Assembly: GCA_963575745.1 (NCBI GenBank)
Contig: CAUYUJ010000002.1
Span: 1,984,001 to 2,048,000, forward strand
Direction of reading: 5' to 3'
Length of the DNA: 64,000 nucleotides
Source of the DNA: Prorocentrum cordatum
Lineage: Eukaryota
Positions within the stretch are counted from its first letter, which is position 1. Every line of letters begins with the position of its first letter. This document shows, piece after piece, positions 13,200 to 24,827 of this stretch. Both the position numbers and the translations under genes were made by a program. A model generated the notes under the pieces. That model was not told where the DNA came from. It was given only the letters and a program-made list of their open reading frames with translations, and made no database searches.

Positions 13200-14147
13200 C
13201 TCGGACTTACTTGCAGGCGTGCAAGATCACAAGGGCGTCGCTGCAGTACTTCGACCTGTGGCACGGGCGTTTCCAGGACTGGATGAGGGGGCGAGGGGCG
13301 CGATGGCGGAACCTGGCCGAGTTAGACTGCCAGCTGAGCGCCTACCTCGACCACCTCTTCTTCGAGGGCCACGGGCACGACACGGGGGGCAAGGTGATCG
13401 CCGCGGTGAAGCACCACTGCCCCAGCCTAGACCTGGAGGGGAAGCTACCTGGGGCGCAGGCCGCCATGAAGGGTTGTTTTCGGAAGCTCGCTTCAGGGCG
13501 CACGCGGCGCCCGCTAGCCCGGGAGGGGCGGTTCGCTATCGTGGGCCTGGCGATGCTGGACAAGGAGGTGGAGTTCGCCGTGGGCCTGGTGCTGACTTGG
13601 ACGCAGCGCTGCGGGCGCGCAGCGACTTGCTGGGGTTGGAGCCGCGGTGCCTCATTCCACCGCAGCCCCGGGGCCTTCACCGGAGCTGGGGCCTTCTGCT
13701 GTGCCCGGAGGTGCTCGGGAAGTGCAGCAAGGGCCAGGTGTTCGACGAGGGGATGCTGCCCTCGGAGGCTGCCTCGCGCGCTCTTGGGCCTTTCCTGCGA
13801 GAGCTTCGGGGGCGGCCAGAAGCAAGGCCTCTTTGGAAGTTCACCGTCGCGGAGTTCGTCGCGATGTTCCAGCGGCATGCCCTCCGCCTGGGCATGGGCG
13901 ACCCCCGCCCGTGCCCGACATCGCCGCCGGACAGCGCAGCCTGGAAGAGGTGCAGGGGCGGCACCGCCACGCCAGCATCATGGGCACGCGGAGGTGCGGC
14001 CGGTCGGCGCGCCACCTGGCCGAGGTAGCCAAGGTGCCCGCCAACGCCCGCGCCTTCGGGGAGAACGCGCGGGTGAACCTCGGCGACGCCCTGCTGGGAA
14101 AACACAGCGCCGGCCCACCGCCACAGCCGCCAAGCGCCCTGCGGTGA
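13200..14147 (+). pseudogene. Tyrosine recombinase, frameshifted and degenerate
   Basis: Core-binding-like region AYLDHLFFEG...LPGAQAAMKG..K...RTRRPL, then LR..DLL.L, SKGQVFDEG and LEEVQGRHRHAS...RRC (decayed V..RGRW.S...RY). It spans three frames. Confidence 0.72.
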
Positions 14148-14266
14148 GGGCGACCGCCCGCGGCGACACCTTCGAGGGGGGCCGCCGCCTGAGCTTCGCA
14201 GCCCTGAGGCGCCGCGTGAGCGCCCTTTTCCATTTGGCCCTCTCCTCTAGCCGCCACCGGGCTCAA

Positions 14267-14997
14267 GTGCTCCTCGATTTGTTTGCCGGGCAGGGTTCAG
14301 TCAGCACAGCCATCCGTCGCAGCTCGGACTTCGGCGTTGTAACTATGGATTGCCGCATCGAGAGCTGGATGGACCTGACCGACCCTCGCCTCACTCAGAT
14401 CCTGCTCGGCTGGATCGGCGCTGGATATGTGCGCGGTGTCTGGGCCGCGCCGCCGTGCAGCGCCTGGTCGATGGCCAGTCGCATTTTTGTCTGAGCATTC
14501 ACTACATCTATGGTCATGAGCAGGCCACCGCCGAAGCTCGTAAGAAGACGGAAGTCGGCGACGGTTGTGTTAGACAGTTGCAGCAGATCATTCGTGCCTG
14601 TCTGTTGCGGGGTCTTCCAGTAGGATGTGAGAACCCCGCTGCCAGTTTGATGTGGAGAGACCCTGTCTCTGTGCACCTCAGCGAGCTGGCATCTTGCACG
14701 CCCGCAGTCTTTGATTTCTGCGCCCGCGGAGCGCGTTGGCGCGAGCGCGCCAAAATGCTCGCGTGGAACTGCGGAGGCGCGCCAACTGTTTTGATTAAAA
14801 AGTGCGTAGGGCCCAAACACTGGTGCAGCTGTTCTGGGCGCCCTCACATTTGTCTTGAGGGGAAGGCCCCGTGCGGGAAAAACTGGACCGCGCTCGCCGA
14901 GTCCTATCCCGCTTCGGTTGCTCGAGCCATCGCTCGCTGGCTGTGCCGATCCGCCGATAGAATTCAGTTCGCTCGCATGAATGATCTTTGGTGTTGA
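14267..14997 (+). pseudogene. C5 cytosine DNA methyltransferase carried by the retrotransposon, one frameshift near 14485
   Basis: Motif I VLLDLFAGQG (14267), motif IV APPCS (~14450), motif VI CENP (~14630), DFC..G..W (motif VIII region) and a terminal YP..VA..IA (motif X-like). Stop codon at 14997, just before B1. Confidence 0.88.
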
Positions 14998-15030
14998 CAT
15001 GCGCCGGCCAGGGGCCATGATGGGCATTCA

Positions 15031-15403
15031 GGTGCTGGTCAGTGCCCTGCCGTGAAGCTCGCCCGAGCCCCAGCCCCCCGCTCGCCTCGCACAAAAAGCA
15101 TCATCTCTGATCGCTGCGAAGGACATGCTTCCGTTTACAAACCAGCTTGTCATTCTCCGTGCGCCGTCGAGGCCGTCTTGGGACGGCCTCTCGAATGGCC
15201 CGTGACCATTTCGCTCGAGCTCTCCGCCTCCCCCCTCTCCTCCTCCGCTCTTTTCTTGAGTCGCTGCCTCACGTTTGCTCTTGTAAATGCCTGTTAATGT
15301 TCTTGGGTGCTGGTCAGTGCACTGCCGCGAAGCTCGCCCGAGTCCCAGCCTCCCGCTCGCCCCGCACAAAAGAACATCATCTCTGGTCACTGCGAAGGAC
15401 ATG
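15031..15403 (+). repeat. Split direct repeats B1 (15031-15127), A2 (15125-15223), B2 (15306-15403)
   Basis: GGTGCTGGTCAGTGC...GCGAAGGACATG occurs twice. B1 and A2 overlap at ATG. Confidence 0.92.
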
Positions 15404-15420
15404 TATATATACACACACCA

Positions 15421-16650
15421 ATACTACCACCCTTCGGGTGATATGGAGGTTCGGGGTGGGGAGGAACCAATGTCTCACTCGATCTGTCTCACTATCGATA
15501 TCAGTATCGGTCTCGCTCGATCAATCTCACTCGATCGATCTCACAATCGATCTCATTCGATCTATTTCATTCGATTGATCTCACAGGCAATATGACTATC
15601 GATCTCACTGTCGATCTCACTATCGATCGCACTATCGATCTCACAATCGATCTCACATTCGGCCTAACCACCAGTCTCACTATCGATATCACAATCGATA
15701 TCACAATCAACATCATCATCATCAGCATCATCGCCATCAACGTCATTAGCATCATCATCATAACATAATCAGGACACCGTCGTCATCATCATCACCTCAT
15801 CACCATCAGCATCATCATCACCATCACCAGCATCGGGACACCATCATCGTCACCATCATGATCATCATCATCACCAACATTGTCATCACCAGACCCCATC
15901 ATCATCATCATCATCATCATCGGAACGCCACCATCATCAGCATCGTTTTATCATCATGGTCATGAAAAACATCATCAACATCATCATCTTCACAATCGGG
16001 GCACCGTCATCTTCACCATTAGCAACACCATCACCAACACCATCATCATCGGAACACCAGCATCATCGTCAACAACATCATCAGCAGCATCATCATCATC
16101 AACATCATTTGGACACCATCATCATCACCATCAGCATCATCATCACAATCATTGGGGCACCATCATCAAAATCACCATCATTAGCTCATCATCATCATCA
16201 ACATCATCATCGCCGGGACACCTTTATCGTCATCATCAGCATTATCTTCATCATCATCACCGGGCTGCCATCATCATGATCACCATCACCATCACCAGCA
16301 TCATCATCAGCCTCATTATCATCGTCTGGACACCATCATCAGCATCTTCATCACCATCATCACCAAATCGTATGATCACCATCAACATCATCATGTTCGT
16401 CAACATCATCATCCGTATCATCATCATCATCATCGTCATCATCGGGACACCATCATCATCATCAGCACCAACATCATCAACAACATTATCATCATTGGGG
16501 CACTTTCATCATCACCGCCATCACCATCATCATCATCATCATCATCATCACCAACATCGCCAACAACATCATCAGCGGGACACCATCATCACCACCATCA
16601 CGATCATCATCATCAACGTCAACATCATCAACACCATCATCATCATCACC

Positions 16651-16713
<63 letters not shown>

Positions 16714-17982
16714 GGGACACCGACGGGACACCGGCGGGACACCCGCGGGACACCGCGCGCCACCGGCCTCCGAGTGGGACACTGGCGGGACACCGCGGGG
16801 CACCGGTTGCCAGAACGGAGACTTTTGGTCCGGCCGCGCCTCAGCTACAGGAGACTTATTTCTCGCCCGCCCACGCAGCTTCGTCTCGCCCGCACGCACG
16901 GCAAGCACGAACACGAAACGGAAACCGATTTCCCGGTAGGGGGGCTCTCCGTTCCACTTCGATCTCACCCCCCTCACCTCCGATATACACCTATACGACC
17001 ACCCTGCGGTTGTGATAAGGAGGTTGTGGGGGTGGGAAAGGGGGGAACCGACATCTGAATCACTCGATCCCACTATCGATCTCATTCAACGGAACACCAC
17101 GGGACACCAAGGGACACTTGTCGTTCTCACAATCGATCTCACTATCGATCTCACTCAACGGGACATCACGGGACACCACGGGCCACCACGGGACACCACG
17201 GGACACCGCGGGACACCTCTCGATCTCACTATCGGTCTCATTATCGATCTCACTATCAATCTCACTCAACGGAACACCACGGGACATCTCGGGACACCAC
17301 ATCGATCTCAGTATCGATCTCACTATCGATCTCACTCAACGGGACACCACGTGACACCTCGGGCACCACATCGATCCCAGTATGGATTTCACTATTCATC
17401 TTACTTTTTGGGACCACGGGACACCACGGGACACCTCGGGCACTACATCGATCTCAGTATCGATCTCACTATCGATCTCACTCAACGGTACACCACGGGA
17501 CACCTCACCACCGATCTCACTATCGATCTCACTTTTCGGGGCACCACGGGACACCTCGGGGCACCACATCGATCTCAGTATCCTCTCGCGATCGATCTCA
17601 CTATCGATTTCATTATCGATCTCACTCACCGGGATTCCACGGGACACCACGGGACGCCACGGGACACCCGCGGGACACCGGCGGGACACCGCGGGGCACC
17701 GGCCGCCGGAGGAGTTACATTTGGTCCGGCCGCGGCCCAGCCACAGAAGTATTCCGGGACACCGGCGGGACACTTGCGGGACACCGCGGGGCACCGGCCG
17801 CCAGAGGAGTTACATTTGGTCCGGCCGCGTCCCAGCCACATAAGGATTTCCTCTCGCCCCCCCACGCAGCTTCGCTTCGCCCGCACGCACGCACGACACG
17901 CACGACACGAACCCGAAACCGAAATCGATTTCCCGGTAGGGGGGGTCTCCGTTTCACGTCGGACTCACCCCCCAATTTCCGA
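15421..17982 (+). mobile_element. Two tandem non-autonomous elements (family E, ~15421-16982 and ~16988-17982) with conserved ends and ATCGATCTCACT / CAT / GGGACACC repeat interiors
   Basis: Shared start ACCACCCT..GG(T)TG..ATA.GGAGGTT and shared end GAAA(C/T)CGATTTCCCGGTAGGGGGG...CACCCCCC. A third copy is inverted at 21168-22912. Confidence 0.75.
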
Positions 17983-17984
17983 TC

Positions 17985-18036
17985 TATTTATCTATCTATC
18001 TCTATATATATATATCGATAGATAGATAGGTATATC

Positions 18037-18082
<46 letters not shown>

Positions 18083-18249
18083 CATATATATATAGAGAGA
18101 AATAGCTAGATATATAGCTATATCTATAGATAAATATATAGATATATATAGCTATATCGATAGATAGATAGATATATAGATAGATAGATAGATAGATAGA
18201 TATATAGATATATATATGTATATGTATATATAGATAGATAGATAGATAT

Positions 18250-18292
<43 letters not shown>

Positions 18293-18385
18293 TATAGATA
18301 TATATATATAGATAGATAGATAGATCGATAGATAGATAGATATATAGATATGTAGAGAGATAGATAGATAGATATATAGATAGAT
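17985..18385. repeat. (GATA)n/(TA)n microsatellite
   Basis: Seen directly. Confidence 0.95.
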
Positions 18386-18499
18386 ACTACGGGGGGCAGG
18401 GCACGAAAACAGCTGCCTCGATCCTCCATGGGAGTAGCGGGGCTCATTTTCTTAGTGTGTTTCGCGGTTTTCCGCGTCCTGGGCCTCGGAGGCCGCCGC

Positions 18500-19500
18500 C
18501 TCCGACCCCCCATGGGAGGACGGGGCGGCCGGGGAGGTCCAAAATAGTGCAGGAGGGCCTCCAGAGGCTCCCAAGACGGCCCAAGCGGGCCCCGAGTCGC
18601 CGAAAGACCGCTCCAGGACGCCCAAGATAGGCCCAAGACGGCCCGAGAGGCCCCCCAAGGCACTCCACGACGCTTCAAGGCGCCTCTCCAGAGCGCTTCA
18701 AGAGGCCGAAATCGTCAATTGTACGAAGCTTTTCGAACAATTTTGGCCTTCCGGCCTTTTCGGCTGTCCGACGTTCCAAGACGGCTCAATAGGCCCCCAA
18801 GAGCGCCCCAAGACGGCCCAAGAGGGCCCCAAGACGGCCCCAGAGTCGCCCAAGACAGCCCAACAGAGCCCCAAGATGGCCAGAAGATGTGCCCAAGAGG
18901 GGGACCACGACTCCAAAATTCGCCCTTCCCGCTTGAAGAGTGCCCCAGGAGGCCCCAAGGAGCCCCCAAGAGGCCCCAGGAGGCCCCCAAGAGGCACCCA
19001 GGAGGCCCAAACGAGGCCTAAAGAGGCCACAAAACAGCCCCGAGGAGGCCCCACAACGGTCCCACAACGGCTGCCGAGGAGCTGCGAAACTGCCTTCACG
19101 ACGTCCCCGACAGGCCAACCACGAGATCCAAACCAACACCCATGAGGCCTCTGACCCACCACCCAGGGCACGGTGGCGGGAGCAGTGACAGCACTTGTGC
19201 ACAGCATGTTCCGGCGGAAGACGTCCGGAACTCGCTGCAGGAGGAGGAGGAAGATCAGGAGGAGAGAGAGCTGGAGTGGGAGGAGGAGGAGGGGGACGAG
19301 GAGGCGGTGCCTGAGGCGCCCAAGACGGCCCGAGAGGGCCCCAAGACGGCCCCAAGAGAGGCCCAAGAAGGGAAACACGAACCGAAAATCCGAGCTTTCT
19401 ACCCCGAGAGGTTCTCGGGAAGTCCCAAGAGGGCCCCAAGAAGCTCCCAAGAAGGCCGACGAGGTTCCAAGAGATCTCCCAAGGTGGCCCCAAGAGGCAC
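18500..19500 (+). repeat. GGCCCCAAGA/CCCAAGACGG minisatellite-type repeat family (also 1-100, 20420-20930, 39790-40320, 45740-46200, 48020-48720)
   Basis: Degenerate ~11-nt units CCCAAGA(C/G)GG recur in both orientations across the window. Confidence 0.85.
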
Positions 19501-19662
19501 AACTCATTCCCTACCTAGGCTCTGCCTAGAAGGGTTCTTACTGTATAAGCTTAAAGGGCCGGACAGTGGACCACGCCCTGGGCGGTTCCCCCGGCATCCG
19601 CCCGGCGGTTCCCCCAGGATCCGCCCCGCGGTTCCCCCATTTACGTCCCCTGGGTTCACCCA

Positions 19663-20263
19663 GTTTAGCTAAGCTTAGCTTAGCTTAGCTTAGCTTAGCT
19701 TCGCTTATCTCAGCTTAGCTTAGCTGAGCTTTGCCTAGCCTAGCCTAGCCTAGCTTAGCTTAGCTTAGCTTAGCTTATCTCAGCTTAGCTTAGCTTGGCT
19801 TAGCTGAGCTTAGTTTTGCTTTGCCTAGCCTAGCCTAGCTTAGCTAAGCTTAGCATAGCTTAGCTTACCTTACCTTAGCTTAGCGCAGCATAGCGCAGCG
19901 CAGCATTAGCACAGTATAGCATAGCATAGCATAGCATAGCATAGCATAGCATAGCCAAGCACAGCATAGCATAGCATAGCATAGTATATCATAGCATAGC
20001 ATAGCAGATCATAGCATATCATAGCGCAGCATAGCATAGCATAGCATATCATAGCATTACTTAGCATAGCACAGCGCATCATAGCATAGCATAGCACATC
20101 ATATCATATCATAGCATAGCATATCATAGCATATCGCAGCATAGCAAAGCATAGCATAGCATAGCGCACCATATCATAGCATAGCCTATCATAGCATAGT
20201 ATAGCGCAGCATAGCAAAGCATAGCAAAGCATAACATATCATAGCATAGCACAGCATAGCGCA
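19663..20263. repeat. Pentanucleotide microsatellite, (CTTAG)n changing to (CATAG)n
   Basis: Seen directly; the switch is at about 19850-19890. Confidence 0.95.
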
Positions 20264-21088
20264 GAGTAGACGGCATGTATATGCAGGTGTAGATGTAAAT
20301 GTAGCTGTCAGTGTAGATGTAGATGTTGCTTTCCTAAATGCTCCAACTCCTAGGTAGGGTCGCACTGGGATAATTGTTTTACGATTGGGCTTTGACGGGT
20401 TTTATTTTTTTCTGCCTTATGGCATCCCGATGCTCCAAGACGGCCCAAGAGGCTTCCAATACCGCTCCACTATAGAGGAAGAGGCCTCCAAGAGGGCCCC
20501 AAGACGGCCCGCGAGGGCCCCAAGACGGTGCTTGAGGCGCCCAAGACGGCCCGAGAGGGCCCCAAGAGCCCCAAGAGAGGCCCAAGAAGGGGAACGCGAC
20601 CCAACAGCAGAGCGTTCCCCCCAAAAGGCCCACAGGAGGCCGCAAGAGGCCCCCAAGTGGTCCGACGAGGACCCCAAAAGCTTCCCGAGGGCCTAAAAGG
20701 CCCTAGGAGACGTCCAAGAGGCTTTAAAATAGCCCAAGAGTGCCCTCGATGCGTCAAAACTGCTTCCAGGAGGCCCCCGGGAGGCTTCCGGATTGCCTCA
20801 ATCTGGCCGCAGGTGGCCTCAAGTCGGGCCTCCACGCAGCCAAGACGGCCAATGACGGCTTCAGATTGCAGAACCGATGCCCCCAAGGGACCCTCAGACG
20901 CCCCCCCAAGAAGCACCCAAGAGGTGCCTCCAACAGCCAGTTGACGAAGCATGCGGAACACCCCAGAAGCTCCTCAGATGCCGTCGCGCGCCTGTGCTTG
21001 ATAGCGTTGTCCAAGATCGTCCAGCGCCCCCCCGGCCTGGGCTAGAACCTGAGCGCGCGCGAAGCGCGCGCGATGGCTCTAGTATGTG

Positions 21089-21126
<38 letters not shown>

Positions 21127-21167
21127 AAAAAAAAAAAAGAGAGAGAGAGAGAGTACGCACATATATA

Positions 21168-21471
21168 GGAGGTGAGGGGGTACGATCGAAGTGGAACGGA
21201 GAGCCCCCCTACCGGGAAATCGGTTTCCGTTTCGTGTTCGTGCGTGCCGTGCGTGCGGGCGAGGCGAAGCTGCGTGGGCGGGCGAGAAGAAAGTCTCCTC
21301 CCGCTGAGGCGCGGCCGGACCAAATGTTTCCTTTCAGGGGGCCGGTGCCGCGCGGTGTCCCGCCGGTGTCCCGCCTCCGGCTGAGGCGCGGCTGGACCAA
21401 ATGTTTCTTTTCTGGGGGCCGGTGCCGCGCGGTGTCCCGCCAGTGTCCCGCCGGTGTCCCGTCGGTGTCCC

Positions 21472-21506
<35 letters not shown>

Positions 21507-21596
21507 CGATGATGATGATGATGACGATGATGATGATGATGTCGGTGATGTTGGTGATGATGGTGATGGTGATGGTGGTGATGGCGATGGTGTCCC

Positions 21597-21645
<49 letters not shown>

Positions 21646-22912
21646 TTGTTGACGATGTTGATGATGATGATGATGATGATGGTGATGATGGTGATGATGA
21701 TGGTGTCCCGATGATGAGGATGTTGATGATGCTGCTGATGATGATGGTGTCCCGATGATGATGATGATGATGATGATGTTGATGAGCATGATGCTGTTGA
21801 TGGTGATGAGGTTATGATGAGGTTGATGATGATGATGCTGATGCTGATGATGATGGTGTCCCGATGATGATGATGATGGTGATGATGATGATGATGATGA
21901 TGTTGACGATGTTGATGATGATGATGGTGATGGTGGTGATCATGATGGTGTCCCGAGAATGATGAGGATGTTGATGATGTTGCTGATGATGATGGTGTCC
22001 CGATGATGATGATGATGTTGATGAGCAAGATGCTGTTGATGATGATGAGGTGATGGTGAGATGATGATTATGCTGATGATGATGGTGTCCCGATGATGAT
22101 GATGATGATGCTGTTGATGAGGCTGGTGATGATGATGATGATGATGATGATGACGGTGTCCCGATGTTGATGATGATGATGATGATGATGGCGGTGCTTG
22201 TGTCCCGATGGTGATGATGATGATGATGTTGATGATGAGGATGATGATGAGCTGGTGATGATGATCTTGATGATGTTGTCCCGATGATGGTAATAATGAT
22301 GCTGATGCTGATGCTGATGGCGATGATGGTGTCCCGATGAGGATGATGATGTTGATGATGGTGATGATGATGATGATGGTGACGATGTTGCTGGTGTCCC
22401 GATGATGCTGATGCTGTTGATGATGATGTTGTTGATGATGACGATGGTGTCCCGATGATGATGATGATGATGTCGATGCTGTTGTTCATGATGATGAGGT
22501 GATGATGGTGGTGGTGTTCCGATGATGGTGATGATGGTGTCCCGGTGATGATGAGGTTGATGATGATGATGATGGTGACGACGATGGTGCCCCGATGATT
22601 ATGATTATGATGATGATGATGATGTTGATGATGATGGTGATGAGGTGATGATGGTGATGATGGTGTCCCGATGATGATGATGCGATGATGATGATGGTGA
22701 TGCTGTTGACGTCGTTGACGATGATATTGACGATGCTGATGATGTTGACGTTGATTGTGAGATCGGCTGTGAGATCGATAATTAGTCAGATCGATTGTGA
22801 GATCGATCGAATGCTATAGATCGATAGTGAGATCGATAGTGAGACCGACCGAGTGAGTTGGTTCCTTCCCCCCCGAACCTCCTTATCACCCGAAGGGTGG
22901 TCGTGTAGGTAT
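21168..22912 (-). mobile_element. Family E non-autonomous element, inverted copy
   Basis: Reverse complements of the 15421-16982 termini, a (GAT)n/GGTGTCCC interior and TA-rich flanks. Confidence 0.75.
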
Positions 22913-24827
22913 ATGTGTATTTATATGTATATATATAACCGCAGAGGCTCTTTAATGATGCACCCCCCCTGAGCTCTCGGCGGGAATAGAAACTCGTCCC
23001 TCCTCCTCCTTCCCCTCCCTCCTCCTTCCCCTCCCTCCTCCTCTGCCTCCTCCTCCTCCCCCTCCCCCTCCACCTCCTCCTCTCCCTGCGCGCAGCAGCG
23101 GTGGCGGTGGTGTGTCGGAGAGGAGGAGGAGAAGGAGGAGGAGGAGGAGGCCGCCAGGCGTTGAGCGATGGGATGCTTGAGCACTTCTCGTGACCTCTCA
23201 TGCATCCGCTGACGAGAATAATTAATTTCCAACTATTGTCGGGGTCCCAGTCCGTCAATAAGCCGGCTGACAAATTATTGATTTTCCCGTTATTGCCCGG
23301 GGGGTTATTAAAGACCATTTGGGGTTATATATATATATAGAGAGAGAGAGATAGAGAGAGTACGCTTGTTCCGCGATCCGGGCGCCTGCCCTGAGGGTAT
23401 AAATTTGCCTGCCGCCCTGGGGCAGGCGTCCATGATGGCGGAGGAGTTCGTGTGATACCGTGTTTCGTCCGCCAAGGAGTAACGAGCCGATGTTCTGGGT
23501 GTCCGCTTCTGACGGGCGTACAGACCTCGCCGACTCTCGCAGGACAGCTCTCCGAGCAGTGCCAGTGCTGGGGAGAGGCCCTCGCCTGTCCCAGGCTGGC
23601 CCAGCGCCCCGATCTATGGGCTCAGGATGGGCCTGGCCAGAATCGGTGTATGTGCATAGTTCTCTTTCCTCTAACAATGATCGGCGGCGAGCGAGGGGGG
23701 GAACGAGAAGGCGAAGGCCTTCTCAGAAGGCGGTGGGACTTCCCAGAAGCCCTCACACCTTCCGAGAAGTTTTTCTCGCCTTCGGGGAAGGCTTCGAAAA
23801 CTTCTCGGAAAGCCGGGGGGCTTCCGAGCTCTCTGAGAAGGCCTTCTCCTTCTCACTTCCGCCCCACTCGGAAGGCCGGGGGACTTCCGAGCCCTCTGGG
23901 AAGGCTTTCTCCTTCTCCTTTCCCCCCCGCGCCCGCCGCCGATCAGAGGGGCCTGGGAGCGCCGGGAGGAGGAGGAGGAGGAGGAGGAGGAGGAGGAGGC
24001 GGAGGAAAAGGAGGATGAGGAGGAGGAGGCGGAGGAGCAGGAGGAGGAGGAGGAGGAGGAGGAGGCCGCCGAAATGAACTCGCCCTGGCGTGCCCGGTTG
24101 TGGCGGTGGGCGAGGCACGGGGCCGGCGGTGGGCGCTGTGGATCCCCGCGTCAATGTACGTGCAGGGGCCAGCGGCGTCCCACGGGGGGGGGGGCCCGCG
24201 CACGGGCTCCCGCCCGTCCCTTGCCCCACCCAGTAAGTCAGGCGCAACACCTCGGGGGGAGGGGAGACTTTCTCCTCCTCCTCCTCCTCCTCCCTCCCTC
24301 CTCCTCCTCCTCCTCCTCCTCCTCCTCCCTCCGCCCTCCTCCCTCCGTAGGCTCAGGGGGGATGCATCAATCCCCAAGCGTCCACGCATGGCCGATAGGG
24401 GCTTGATAGCCCGCCCCCCGCCCGAGAACCTACGGTTTGGCTGCCGGGGACCTTGTCGAAGGTCTATCGGCGATGCATCGCTGATTCCAGCGACGCTTCC
24501 GGGCCTGAGCCTGTCCCCCCGTGCTGTTTTCGTTCAACAGGGCTCACCCACAGAGTCCCGCGCAGAGGACCCCGCCCCTGGGATCCCTGCCCATCGGGCG
24601 GTGGTGGCGGGTAGCGGGGCGGCGCTCCCCACGAGGACCAGAGCCAGGGCGGACCAGGGCGAGAGCGAGGTGGGCAGAGGGAGGAGTCTCAGCCGAGGTC
24701 TCCCAGATGGGGAAAGAGCGCCAATGGATCACCTCGTAATTGAAAAGGGGGGGCTCCCAGAACACTCCCCCCCCCCCTTCAAGCGGGGGGGACATTTTCG
24801 AACCCTCCCCTCCCCCTTGGCTGGGGG

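Larger units (their letters stand above)
9010..15403 (+). mobile_element. Tyrosine-recombinase (DIRS/Ngaro-like) retrotransposon with split direct repeats and a C5-methyltransferase cargo
   Basis: A1 9010-9110 matches A2 15125-15223 and B1 15031-15127 matches B2 15306-15403. Internal order is gag-like, RT, RNase H, YR, DNMT. TA-rich microsatellite on both sides. Confidence 0.9.

Noticed and set aside
14267..14997. Bacterial restriction-modification gene or contamination
   Set aside because: It lies within retrotransposon repeats in microsatellite-rich eukaryotic DNA, and there is no partner nuclease.
15880..22489. Poly-His/Ile/Ser/Asp ORFs
   Set aside because: These are translations of (CAT)n microsatellites. 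The same applies to the GAG, GCC, GAC and CCT tracts elsewhere.
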